Source: Marsupella aquatica
Lineage: Eukaryota; Plantae; Marchantiophyta
Assembly: GCA_973895155.1 (NCBI GenBank)
Contig: OZ316891.1
Location: forward strand, 20,410,169 to 20,474,168
DNA: 64,000 nt
Reading direction: 5' to 3'
The notes under the pieces are model-generated. The model saw nothing but the letters and a program-made list of their open reading frames with translations. It made no database searches and was not told where the DNA came from. Below, one piece after another: positions 22,031 to 34,460 of this stretch. Numbering within the stretch: position 1 is the first letter of the stretch; the number at the start of each line of letters is the position of its first letter. The translations under genes were made by a program, and so were the position numbers.

Positions 22031-24190
22031 GGAAAGCGCCCCTTCTCCAGCTTCTGGATTGGTGACCAACTCAAGCTGTCCTGTTCCCTACACCCGCAGC
22101 CCACCCCACCCGGACACACGGCATCAATTCTCTCAATTTGTACCATTATTTGCATCGCAGTTGTATCCCAAGATTGGGAGAGCATCTGTTCATTTCACGC
22201 CTCTGCATCCTAGCTTCCGCAGATGAACCATTTTGTAGTGGAGTGTAATCTTAGTTCAAAATTTAGACTGTTAACTGAAGATGATTGGATCAATCAAAAG
22301 TCAGTTTGTCACTAGATTCATTCTTGCCTGTTGCTCCAAATAGGAAGGTGTGCTTTACATGAGCGATTACCTCGCAAAGTGTGTATATCGTTTGGAAATC
22401 TCCTGTTGACTGCTTTAGAAGGCAACGACGACGGGGAGAGCTGATGAAGCAGTTTTGCCATGCGAAAATGTGACTACAGTAGAAAAGTAGGGAAAGATTT
22501 TTGTGACCGCACCCAAAATGTACTCGGTCGTTTTTGCAAAATGTTTGGAAATAGCTGGAACACATCGTTTGCTACTTTCACGTCCTTTGGTTTAATCGTC
22601 TTTGACAATAACATGTCCGTTGGATGGTCTGTCGAGCGTGATCTGTCTTGATTTCAGTACTCACCTCACCCAAGTTGCACGAGTCCCAACCGAGCCCTTA
22701 TTATTTTGAAGCCCCAATTTTGAAGATTTTGAGTAAAAATGCAGTTGCTCACACTGGTACTACGCTGGACTCCAAATTCTGGACCTACAGAACGATTGTT
22801 GTCCTGGCGTTGGGGCGCTGGAGTCCCGGATCACCTATACCTCAAATGGTTTTGTCGATTTGGTGGCATGCGGAGCGAAGTGACTGGCAAGGGAGGGACT
22901 AGTTTCCTGATGAAGACGCTTGAAGGATTATCATGATCTTGCCAGATATGAGTACTCCATCAATTCGACCTGGCGGAGGATGAACGCGTTGAAGTTAATT
23001 TTGTGCTTGATATCTCACTGCAAGCACTCCGTGGCTCCAGTGACGTCGTTGTCATTGACAGATTGCAACAATTCTTTGGACATTTCTCCGATTTTGAAGT
23101 GACATTTCTCTGTAAGGGAAAACGATGTCTGTGTGGTACACGATTGGACGCTCGAAGATACGTTCTCTCGAATGATGTCGTTGGAAGTGCTGTTTGAAAT
23201 ATGTGCTTAATATACTGTAGGATTCAATTGAATGTCGTGGGATACGGTTTGAGAAATGTGGCCAGCTTGGAAGAGGTATACACAGAATGATTAAAGATAA
23301 AAGCAAATCTAGGATTAAATGCTGTTTGAGGGCAACCGTTTAGTTTGGCATCTGGTTCAGTTTGGCAATACCTTGTGTGGTAGCCATTTGAATTTCGAAC
23401 GTGGGTGGTCCGTGGCAGCTGCGACGACATTGCCCGTCGGTAACCTTCACCACAACTCCTCCTTAAAATGACTCAACGGGATTCATTTGTGTCTCGATCT
23501 ACAATCCTCTAGATCAGTATTTTGAATAGAAGGATAAAAATTGTGCGCCGATACTGACGTTGAACGTGAACTGGCGGATGGGTGTACTGGAATCGAAAAC
23601 TAGCTGGCTGAGGTTCGGTTCTACAAAATGCAACGTCAACATTCACTGGCACTATCCAAGGACGCAATATTCAAGCTGCTCCATCAAGTAGCAGACAGCG
23701 CTGATCAATAACGCCTCGCTTGACCTGCAGCATCTCTCCATCAGCCATAACCCAAGCTATGGTAGTTTCCACTGTGGCCGGGACTGTGGCTTTGTCAACT
23801 TTTCATATCTGCGAGAACGTTAACTCCGGCCTGCAGCTATGCTAGCTGGTAGAAGGAAGCTCAGAAAGCACCGAACTGACCAGGTCGACCCTTGCTACTA
23901 GTTTTCATTGCTTACTGAGCCAGCTACTATCTCCAACGTACCAGCAGTTTTGACTTCAGGACACTTCAACTTGACAATGAATTCTATCAAGAGCAAGCCT
24001 ACGAGAGTCCGAGGTACCGAGAAAGCCAATTGCGCGTGGCGGATAGTCTATTGGTTAATGAGACCAAACGATCTGAAGTAGTGTGCTAGTATAGAGATCT
24101 GAAATTCGGACAGAGATTGCACACTTGATAGCTAGAGAGACATCCATACAGCACGCTGCACCTGGAGTGAGTTTGTGTCGAATCGGCGCC

Positions 24191-24670
24191 ATGAGAAGTC
24201 AGAATGCCACCGATACAACGCTAAAATGGTTCTCTTGGAAACTAATGTTTCGAGCGCTTGCGTTGCTTTGGCTGCTGATGGTGGCGCTTGTATTTCACCA
24301 CAGAATCTTGATCACATACGACTTTGTCCGGAACTCTTCTTCGCCTTCTGAGCAACAGCAGCAGCAATACGACCCTATATCGAATTCTTCTGAGCAACAC
24401 CAACAACAGCAGTACCATCCTATCTCGAAGTCTGCTTCTTCTGAGCAAAAGCTGCTGCCGCAGTTTCCTTCGAGGACGAGAACTTCCCCGTCGATGTTCA
24501 TCAATGTGGTGGGGTTTGCAGAGCTCATATTGCGGGTGGGCCAGCAGGAGCAGCAACTACGGCGGCTCCTAGATCCGAAAGATGACGACATTCTTTGGCG
24601 CCGCCGCATGCTCAAAGGCTACGGAACGCCGTCGAGCCCCAGTGAGATGAACCACGCAAGCAAGTCGTAG
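24191..24670 (+). CDS. Putative secreted signalling-peptide precursor (159 aa) with IDA/PIP-like C-terminal motif
   Basis: Good start context GCCATGA. Hydrophobic signal segment LMFRALALLWLLMVALVF, Ser/Gln-rich variable region, basic RRLL and RRRML sites, and terminal MLKGYGTPSSPSEMNH-ASKS*. Confidence 0.6.
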   Translation: MRSQNATDTTLKWFSWKLMFRALALLWLLMVALVFHHRILITYDFVRNSSSPSEQQQQQYDPISNSSEQHQQQQYHPISKSASSEQKLLPQFPSRTRTSPSMFINVVGFAELILRVGQQEQQLRRLLDPKDDDILWRRRMLKGYGTPSSPSEMNHASKS

Positions 24671-25774
24671 TCGAAGATCCATCCATCCAAGTCACCGAAT
24701 CTCAATTACTCATCTGGGAATATGTCGATCGATGAAGAAGTGTTCGTCAGTTTACTCGCAGTCAACTAACGCATGAAGCCCTCCATGCAGTGTTTGGCTG
24801 GTAACTTACACTTCTTAATTTGTGCACAGCGCGCATGTGAATCTGAGCACGCACAGATTTCGCGATTTTGCACCATTAGTTTTCATGATCAAGGCTAGCC
24901 TCTTTAGACAGCTATGTTGATCGATCGATATTATCTAACTAGAGTCACAAACTCTATCATTCTAGTGGTCCTGTACTGTAAACTCTCTAATTAAATCGTT
25001 TCGAGCGAGGAGTGATACTTCTGCACATAATTATATAGAACCGATCGACCGCGCGACTGACTGAAACATGAATCAAAGTCGCCAGCCCCGGTACCTCACC
25101 GTAGTTTTCTCCTTGGATTGATTCGATCCCTCATCCAAGAGCAAAACCGATGTTGCCCTCGTTTCCGGGCAATGGATCGGTCAATCAGCAACTGTAGCTC
25201 CATCGAGAGCACAACTGTGCGTTAGAGTTGTAACTTAATCTGATCGCGGCACCGCATTCTATTCATTTGGTTTCCATATTGGTTTCCATATTTATTACGA
25301 TGACCGACATGCAATCTGTGGTTGAAACTTGAAAGCTGATTCCAATTAATGTAAGAAGTGATAGAGCGAGCTCCTCGTACGTGAGAAGCTGTTATACTTC
25401 CTGTGTCTGTTATGCATTAGGTGCCATTGATCTGTTCAACAGGCACATGAATAGCTTTGCTTGTGCGTCGAAGTCTGGCAGAGATATATCATCATGGAAG
25501 ATCGATCCACTGTTACCCAAATGGACATCGTCAGACTGGCATTTCACTACACGGATCTATCGTTTTCTATTGGATTGTGAATGAGGAAACTGAGATTTCG
25601 CGAGCCCATCTGAATCTGATTCTCTCCACTGGTCTGGCATCGAGGTGTGGATACCGTGTGAATCAATTTTGGATCGATCAACCCGAGCTGTTGAGCTTCT
25701 GGATTGTTAGTGTATCATCCTTTGTACGTGAGCATTAATGTAGGACGAGTTTTGAACACGTTTGCATCCCATAT

Positions 25775-25959
25775 ATATCATGGAATATATTTCTACAATG
25801 GATCTCAACCCTCCACTCCATGTTTGATGCCCCCCCTTGATTGGTATATTCCCATATAATTATAGAAAAGAGTGCAGTTTGGTAATTATAGTGGGGAGAC
25901 TTTCTTCATCACATGGTGTGGAGGGTTGAGATCCATTGTAGAAATATAATACATGATAT
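25775..25959. mobile_element. ~185-bp foldback element (MITE-like) with long inverted repeats
   Basis: TATATTTCTACAATGGATCTCAACCCTCCAC (about 25786-25816) is the exact reverse complement of GTGGAGGGTTGAGATCCATTGTAGAAATATA (about 25918-25948), with imperfect extension on both sides. Confidence 0.8.
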
Positions 25960-27099
25960 GATATGTGAATCAATAAATTTTATATAGAACAAACTGCCAA
26001 AGAACTTAAGGCACCCAACCAAGAAAGGCCCAATCAAGGGGGGACATCAAACAAGCTCAGAGTACCAGGCAAAAGTCCCCCACAACAACAGCAAGGAACA
26101 AAAAATCTAAAAGCTTACTTAGCCCGTTACATAGTGGCAAACTGAAGACTGAGCCTAGTAAAGCTCCGGGTTGAAGTGCATTGGAGGGTAGAGCAAGGGA
26201 ATCTGACTAGAGGCCCTGATTAAAACCAACAGCCTCCCCCAAATTTTAGATACAAATAGAAACCCATGCCAAAGAATGATACTTATATGATGTGTTAATC
26301 AATTTTAGACAACACTCACATAGAAACCCCATGACCTTGGTGAGAGATTGAAATCCAGTGTACAAGGAAGGGACAATGTAGGGTAACCCATCCCCAAGAT
26401 GGGGAAATGAGATGTGATCCTCAAGGGCTGTGAGTTACCTTGAGTAAGCCCCTATTGAAATTCTGAAGCATTCAACTCAAGTTTACAGTGCAAATCTGTT
26501 ATCTGGCGCAGCTTGTCACTTGCCCCTTACTTGTATTCTCATTCAAATTTGGGAATCCCCAGGCCAGGCTGGCACATGAGTTCCATGGTTCACCTGCAGA
26601 AAAATGCCTCATACGATCTCTAGAAATATAAACAAAAAATACACGAGGGGTTCTAGTGTCTACATTAGATGTTGATCAATTTTTGATGATAGTTAAGAAC
26701 TTGTGCCCATTGAAATATAATTATTTACAAAGAGCCCAATCTGGCTGTCTTTGTGAATGAAATTCTAAAAGATCTTTCAAGGTGTAAGAGCCCTTGAATG
26801 CCTGTACTTTGTATAGAAAATGTCATGGTGAGGCAACTTAGAAGTGCAATGAAGCCAAAGTGTTGTGAAGACATTTTAGGTGTCATCGACACAAGTATAT
26901 GTGTCTTTAAGGCACAGAAGTCATTAAGGCAAGGAAGTCATTGAGAAAAAAAGGCTCGTGTAGGCAAGGAGATATATGTTGTCGAGTATGTGTGTTCACA
27001 ATGTTGATGCTAGGGTTTCTGCAAAACTATGAGTTTGGGTAGGATTGCATGTTATAATGGTTGATACAAACATATCATGTTGCAACCAGTCACATATAT

Positions 27100-27910
27100 C
27101 TTTAAAATTTGTTAGTAGGGTACCTAAGGGCTCTCAATTGTGCTCTGAAATTCAAGTTGTACCTTGGTGTTTGCTACGGTCATCTTGCAAGAACCTTTGG
27201 GCAATGTGGAGGGTCGTCTTGCAACCAGATAGAAAAAGAATTCACAAGCCAGGGCACTATTCCATGATGTCTTGCACCACTAGACTTTGATAGTTGGAGG
27301 AAGTATCTTAAACCTGAGAGCATCCCCACCCATTGATCTTGCCTTTCACTACTCAATATTTGGGTGAATGGTGATGAGTTTGCTGACGAGTTGAGTCGAG
27401 AGCAACAACTCGGGGGTACTGCATGGGTCTCATTATATGGAGACCCTCTCCGGGACCCCCTCATCACCCTAAACCCTTAGTTAGAATCAATAAAATAACC
27501 CTTACTATTCTTCATCCCACGTGATGTGCCAATTCTAAGGTAGTGAAACCCCCAGCTAGCAGCACTCAGACATAATCTTTCTTGTGAAAGGCAGTGGTGG
27601 AGATTTCATAATTGAAGTTGAGTTGTGTGCTCATTCATACCCATCATAAACCCTTGAAAGCAACATTGGGAGACTGAGTGTGACCTCAAAAAGCTGGACT
27701 CTCAAATTGCCAAGCTCCAACAGAAAGCTATTGGCATTTGTCACTTTCAACCTCAAGCAAACATTGCTGAGGTTCCCCACGATTACTATGATGGCCCAGA
27801 TGAGGAGACTGATGCTTACAATGAGGGTGAGGTCTTTGGAGCTTAATTCTCTAAGCTTGACACCACTAGACACAGTCTTGACAAATGGATCTTAGATTCA
27901 GGGGCTAATA
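27100..27910 (+). mobile_element. Degenerate Ty1/Copia gag-protease remnant
   Basis: The frame from about 27663 reads HWETECDLKKLDSQIAKLQQ...QANIAE...DKWILDSGA: the end of a zinc knuckle plus the Copia protease motif WILDSGA at about 27886-27906. It contains stops and is interrupted. The left boundary is approximate. Confidence 0.7.
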
Positions 27911-28769
27911 TTGTCCCAACAACTCACAACACAACTTTAACTATGAAAGTTGAGAGTCCGCTTTTTGAGGTCACGTACACTCCATCTCCCAATGACAAGA
28001 TTTACCATAGTAGTTGCAACTGCCAATCCGGCATCAACCAGTTGGGCGAGCAGTTGGGTAGGATCTGGGAGGAGGAGGATGAAAGCTAGGATTCCAAGGA
28101 GAGTGCTTAGAACAAGAAAAATACTCATTGCAAGGATGGAGGCACCCACGACCATGAGCAAATGAGTGAGTGACAGCCATGGCTTCATTGGTGACCTCAG
28201 TCTGCTTACCTTTCCTCAAGTCATCAACTTGGAGTCGCTCTATGAGGTTGATGTAGGTTGGCTTGAATTGGGGGACCAAGAGAGGTCAGCACCGGGGGTC
28301 AACATTGAAGATAGAGACCAAGGGACCCCCTCAAGGGACCCCAACTGAGTGGGAGTCCTTGAAGAACAATGTGAATGAGACAAGTTTTGTCAACTTTGGC
28401 ATGATGTTGCGAGTTTCCCAACAAGTTTGTTGATCTTGTTATCGTGCACATACACATTGTTATGCAACATACATTGTTTGTCACACATATCCAAACATAG
28501 TCACAATCCTACAACATAAACATAAGAGAATGGAGTACAAATGGAACCATGTCCACACGTGTCCAAACCCACAATAATCTTCAGTAGTGCAAATCAAATA
28601 AAGATCGGTGCCAATCCAATAATGATCCCGTCTGATGCAATCACACATGTATGTTAAGCCTAACGCACCTTGTGCTTTAAGAAATCCACGTTACATGCAC
28701 ACAACTTGGTCAGCCACATCATAACCACCAGAGCTTGTCGGGGAGCTTGTGCTCAAAGGCTCAACCTCC

Positions 28770-29071
28770 GGGGTTTCACTTTCATAGAATCGGCACATCA
28801 CGTGCGACGAAGAAGAGGGTAATTTTATTGGTTTTAAGGGAAGATTTCAAAATTTTTGTGGAAGAACTTTTGGGTCCTTAATTTAAATCCAATTTGGAGT
28901 CTTGTAAGAACATTAAGGTCCTTTTAATCAAAATTTTGGAATATTCCAAGAATATTCCAACTTTATAGGGTTTAATTAAAAAAAATTCTTACATTTTAGG
29001 GGAGTGCAAGGCTTAAAAATGTCACAAGTGATTGGGGGCCTCTATGTAGTAAGACCCCCGAGGGCTCAACA
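28770..29071 (-). repeat. Dispersed ~290-bp repeat (LTR-like), copy B
   Basis: Inverted copy of 9178-9470. It begins TGTTGAGCCC on the minus strand, resembling an LTR 5' end. Confidence 0.7.
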
Positions 29072-29189
29072 TTGAAAGATGAGGCCTTTGAGCCAACAAA
29101 AAGGGATAACTATCCCAAACACAAACTAAACATTAAATGCTCATATAGGACACTTACAAAACCTCTATACCTAGATAGTACAATATACT

Positions 29190-30300
29190 ATGCTACCACT
29201 CTAAATGGTGTGATATTGTTGATGTAGATCTCCATCGAGTCACCTTTGGGGTCGCCTTCAATCATGCGTGTGGTTTGTAGCTTCTGCATATGAAGCAGTT
29301 GACGTTGCATTAGATCTCCACCAAAATGTTGTTGGAAGTGCTCTCAACATTTGGCTGGATTGTCAAAGCTGTGCATGCTGGGTAAGAACTTGAGTTTGAC
29401 GATGGAGGTGAGGACAACAATGGCCTTGTCCTTATTCTTTTGTCTCTATTGGTTAGTCAAATGTGCACCATCATCTATAGTGTTGCCATTTGGGTTAGGT
29501 TTGACACCAAATTAAAATTGAGTTCGTGAAACAAGTCGTCCCACTTGAGGACTTTTGCTCAACTGACAGTGGTCGATGACAAAGTTGAGTGAAAGTTCCT
29601 CTACCTTTGCTTATTATTATTTCTTGTTGAAATGGAGTTCTTCAAGAGCTTTTCCTAAATTGACAAGTTAGATGGCTCTAACAATCATTTGTCATGGACC
29701 ATTGTAGTCAGGTAGAGGAACTTTCACTCAACTGACACCGGAATAGAATGATTCTATTCTAGATGCATCACAGATACTTTCACTTGAGCAGTGAATCTAG
29801 TCTAGGTTTGATCTGAGAAAAAATGTGAGATGTCAGGGACCTTTCTACCTGAGCACATGCATAAGAATTTAGACTACATGTAGTACTATTCATCAAAGCC
29901 TAACTCTGATACCATGTTGGTAACAACTATATCTGTTGCTACATGGGACAAGACTAAGTGGGCACTATAAGTAGTGAACAGGAGAGAACCTAGGGAACGT
30001 ACGTTGTGGATCAATAGTAGAGAGATACAAACATATTTAAAATCAACAGCAAGATAGTGGCGCAACTAAAGTAAGAGGGAGACGCCAAATGTAGAGCTGG
30101 TTGAGATAGCCTCCTTACGAGTGACTAATTAATAGAGGGAGACTCTATTTCCATAGATGTGTGGAGAAAAAAAGTGATATTACATTCTTATTGAGGACCC
30201 TACTAAATTATGGCAATGGTTTCTCCCCTCAATCTCTGCAAAGTGGTCACTGTCTATATATGATACACTAGCTCTCGGGGTGGAAATGTTCTAAGAACTT
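29190..30300 (-). mobile_element. 5' part of a Ty1/Copia element: LTR, tRNA-iMet PBS, degenerate gag
   Basis: The minus strand reads CCAACA|TGGTATCAGAG (LTR end plus PBS at 29904-29914). Minus-strand gag at 29190-29540 reads KDKAIVVLTSIVK...DNPAKC*EHFQQHF...QKLQTTRMIEGD..SMEIYINNI. The distal LTR boundary is not determined. Confidence 0.8.
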
Positions 30301-32652
30301 GCGTTGTTACACTACATGGTAAGCACTCAAATGAATATATGTTGTCTTTAATTGGTCTCAATATATTACTAGATCAACTTAACTATCTACATTGTGCTCT
30401 CAATTAATACACTAACTCGGTCCTTGCAAGTTGTACAACTCTCAATATACTTAGTAGCTATATACACTTCACTCTCAATATAGTACCTTGCCACACCTCA
30501 CTCTTAATACTAAGTTTTTACACTTTCCTTTCAATAGTGGCTCTCTACACTCTACTCTCAAAAGCAATAGTTTACACTTAACTTTCAATATGTACTCTAG
30601 CCTAACATGCTTTGCTCTCAATTGTAACTCTTTATACTTTAATGTAACTGGTGTAACTCGATCTTTGTTGTTTACTCTTAGCTAGCCCAATTGCCTACGC
30701 TTCAGCACATTATAGTTGGAATGCCTCACCAGCCCCAAGAGTGACTCACCAACTTCCCTCTTGTTGTCATGAGCCCCAAAGTCATATCGAGAGTCATATA
30801 TATAGGGCTTCGATCATTCTACTAATTAATCTAACTTTACTATTTGCAATGCGAACCTACTGGTCCACGGTCTAGAGTGAAGCCTCTAGACTGTGACTCT
30901 AGGGGCAAAATTGAAGTTGGGCTGTGGATGGAAAATGGGCTTTGGGGGCAGAGTGAGTCTTTGAACGAGAATAGGTGAGTAGGCAATGGGTTTGAATGTC
31001 ATCAACTCAATTGAAAGTGAATAGGCAACTGGTTTCAATGACATCACCTCTGTTTCCTTCCAAAGAAAAAGCAATGAGATGTATGTACTATCTTCCCCCC
31101 TACACAGCCCCATAGCGTTATGTCCTAAGATGATATTTTTTGGTTCCCATGACACAAAAGACATTTGAACTTGAACGACAAAGTCTCTTTAATCCACAAC
31201 TACTAGTATAAAAGCTAGGGGTCACCATGCAGCACGGCTCCCGTCCGTACTTAGTTACTGTCCCAATTACTGTCCCGATTACTGTCCGGATCTGCCTGCT
31301 TGCACCTCCCTGTCCGCACCGTCCTCCACCCTGCCTGCGCAAGATCTGGGCCCCACCATCCTGTACGCTGCCTACGTCCTTGCGTCTCCTTTGCTTTGTC
31401 CCTGCCCAAAGATTTTGACATGCATGTGAAGAAAATTGACAATAGTGTCGATACCTCTGCCCATTGTTTTGCATAGTTTATCACTGCACGATGGTGAGTA
31501 TGTGGTTTGGGATCGATGATGAATGTAAACAAGATTTGTGCTGGACAGGATTGCAAGAAGCGCAACAATAAAACACCATTTTTGGGAAGCTCTTGGCCTT
31601 AGTCCCCTCATTTTCTTGGAGAGTTTTCTTGCGGATGTGGCTTGGGGGGTTGATTATCAAAAATCTTAGGAACCACGTGCAATCCAAAATAAATATTTTT
31701 GATAGAAATTAGCTAAATTTTTAAAAAGTGTAGGAAGCAAAGGAAGGTATTATAAACTCATATATGTAGAATATTCTCTACATATATGTAGAAATATATA
31801 TCTTTTATAAAGTAAAATAGATAATTAATATTGAAAATAAAGAATATTTTGGAATATTCCTATTATAAAATATGTGTGTTTATATTAGGCTAGGATCGCA
31901 TGTGGTACCCCAAAATATACACTAAGTTAACCCCCCGAGGGATGTGGGTGTTTGAGAGTGGGTGGGCCCTGGAGGTGAATCCAACTTGATGTTGCTGCTA
32001 CTGCGGAGGTGGCGCACTTGAAACTCACTTGTCTAGCTGCAGGCTGTCGTCCCTCTTCAAGAAGCTGCCAAGGTGAAAGGGCAGGGATTGTTGCTGCTAG
32101 AGTTATGTTTTATTGTTGTTATCTTTATTGGAGTTATTCATTTGAAGGTGTGGAAGTCTCGCTCCCCCATGGCTTCTATAGGCTGAGTAAAATGTTATTA
32201 TACAACAAGTTTATATAGGTTGATAGGTTCATCATGTCCGAAACTTCAGGCCTTGGACCCCCTGAGACAGAATCAGCCTCACCTAAAGATTGAGAAGATT
32301 CTTCAGGCAAGAAATCTGGAAAGTTACTTGAGATCAATTCTTTTGGCATTTATCGAATAATTTGTCATTTCCATGCTCTTGTACCGGCCCCACCAGCTTC
32401 TGCACTTTGACAATGTGCACTCACGCCTCTCCCCTTTGGGTTGCCTAGCTTATGCTCTCAATTATTGAATAGGATAAGCATAGTTGCATCTAGTCATACT
32501 CTGTTTGCATATGACCTAAACTCTTCTACATTGAACACCAAAGGTGCAGAATGACAACACAACAAATATGAAATATATGACAACACTAATACTCAAACAC
32601 AAAGCCAATATTATAACATATTTGAACATGACGCCGAGCAAGCACAAAAAAT

Positions 32653-32920
32653 GAAAACCGAGAATCAAAACTTAATACAACAACCGCAGGCACACTCCTT
32701 GAATAGACCGCCCGGTGACACACTATAAATTGAATTGTGTTTGGGAGAAGACTTGAATAGAATGCCCCATCAATGGTCCACTATTTGAATTGTGAAAACC
32801 TATAATCGAAACTTAATACAACAACCCCAGGCATACTCCTGAATAGACCTCGTGACACACTGAATTGTGTTTTGGGGAAGACTTGAATAGAATGCCCCAT
32901 GGTCCACTATTTGCATTGTG
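32653..32920. repeat. Tandem duplication, two 127-141-bp units
   Basis: AAACTTAATACAACAACC...GAATAGACC...GAAGACTTGAATAGAATGCCCCAT..GGTCCACTATTTG occurs twice. Confidence 0.85.
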
Positions 32921-33184
32921 TTCGAGGGAAAACTGTAGTAGCTAGGTATGGAAGATAGCTTTCTTTCACTCTATAAAATAGATACTAGTGACTACCTCAA
33001 GCTTCGATCTCGATAGAATACATAGTAACTCTTTACTTCTTTGGCTTTTCTTGCCTTGGGCCTTTGCGCTGGTCCTTTTGGTTTTTTGGCCTTTGTTTTC
33101 CTTCCTTGATGGGGTTATTTGCTTGAGGGGTTTTGTCTCCAAGTTGGGCCTGGGCCCTCTTTGTTTTTTGGCAGTTTAAAATAT

Positions 33185-33764
33185 ATACTTTGCTCTCAAT
33201 GTAGTGACTCCTTACACTTTACTAGACTCTGAGTCACTGTTTACATGTATACATGTCTACTCTCTATGTGTTATTTGACGCATACTTTGCTCTCAATAGA
33301 GTGACTCTTTACCCTTTACTGTCACTGAGTCGCTGTGTACATGTATGCATGTCTACTCTTCATGTATTATTCGAGGCATACTTTGCTCTCAGTATAGTGG
33401 ATCTTTACACTTTAATGTCACTGAGTCACTGTTTACATGTATACATGTCTCCTCTCTATCTATTATTCGACGCATACTTTGCTCCTCAATATAGTGACTC
33501 CTTACACTTTACTGTCACTGAATTGCTGTTTACATGTATACATGTCTACTCTCTATGTATTATTGGACACATACTTTGCTCTCAATATAGTGACTCTTTA
33601 CACTTTAAGGTCACTGAGTCACTGTTTACATGTATACATGTCTACTCTCTATGTATTATTCGACGCATACTTTGCTCTCAATATAGTGACCCTTTACACT
33701 TTACTGTCATTGAGTCGCTGTTTACATGTATACATGTCTACTCTCTATGTATTATTCGACGCAT
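33185..33764. repeat. Minisatellite, 6 x 96-97 bp
   Basis: Units start ATACTTTGCT at 33185, 33282, 33378, 33474, 33571 and 33667. The consensus contains AGTGACTC...GAGTCACT and the palindrome ACATGTATACATGT. Confidence 0.95.
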
Positions 33765-33835
33765 TGGTGTGCACGTCACTACAGTGAAGTAGTCATCTTC
33801 GCCATTTTTGAAATCGGGAGAGTTCTCCATGGAAA

Positions 33836-34086
33836 TGAAATCGAAAGGTTTCTTCGGCATTGTTGAAATCGGGAGAGTTTCTTTCCGACTCGTGAGGAAG
33901 ATTTGCAATCCAGTTATGTGCGACAGGAGGCCGACGTGCAAGGAGCTTGCAGAATCGGGAGTGAAATCGAAAGGTTTGTTGGTCATCGTCGATATCTGCA
34001 GAGTTTCTTTCTGACTGATTGAGGAAAGTTTCAACCCAATTGTGTGCGACAGGAGCCCGACGTCGAAGGAGATGCAAGATCGGGAC
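33836..34086. repeat. Diverged tandem duplication (period 126 bp) in the GCP5 upstream region
   Basis: TGAAATCGAAAGGTTT at 33836 and 33962. GAGTTTCTTTC.GACT and TGTGCGACAGGAG.CCGACGT are repeated at the same period. Confidence 0.8.
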
Positions 34087-34460
34087 ATTAGTGTGAAGGG
34101 CAGCAGAAAGATCCAACCGCAAACGCTGCTGCTTCGCGTTCATCAGCGGCCCAGTTCAGTTCTTTGAGGCCGCTAATTGTCAACCTCGACTGCATTTCGT
34201 CTCGGTCGGAGAAGACGTCGAGAAGACCGAAGATGGTGCTGGTGATCATTTTGTAACTCCAGAGCGGGCAAGCAGCGGAGATCCGTCGTGGTGCTGCTGC
34301 TGGCTCTCGGGAACAGAGCACGATTGAGATGAAGGCGGGATGGCCTCATGATGATTGCTGTCGAGCATTGGTACCGTCCGAGCTCCTACAATGCGTGCCT
34401 GGGATGCCTCCCTGCGCTGGTGGCCTTTGATATGGTTGAGAGGTGACGACAACGGCAGCA

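Noticed and set aside
33185-33764. CRISPR-like array, and the 179-aa and 116-aa ORFs across it
   Set aside because: Units are contiguous with no unique spacers and no cas genes, in a eukaryotic context. The ORFs arise because the 96-bp unit is a multiple of three.
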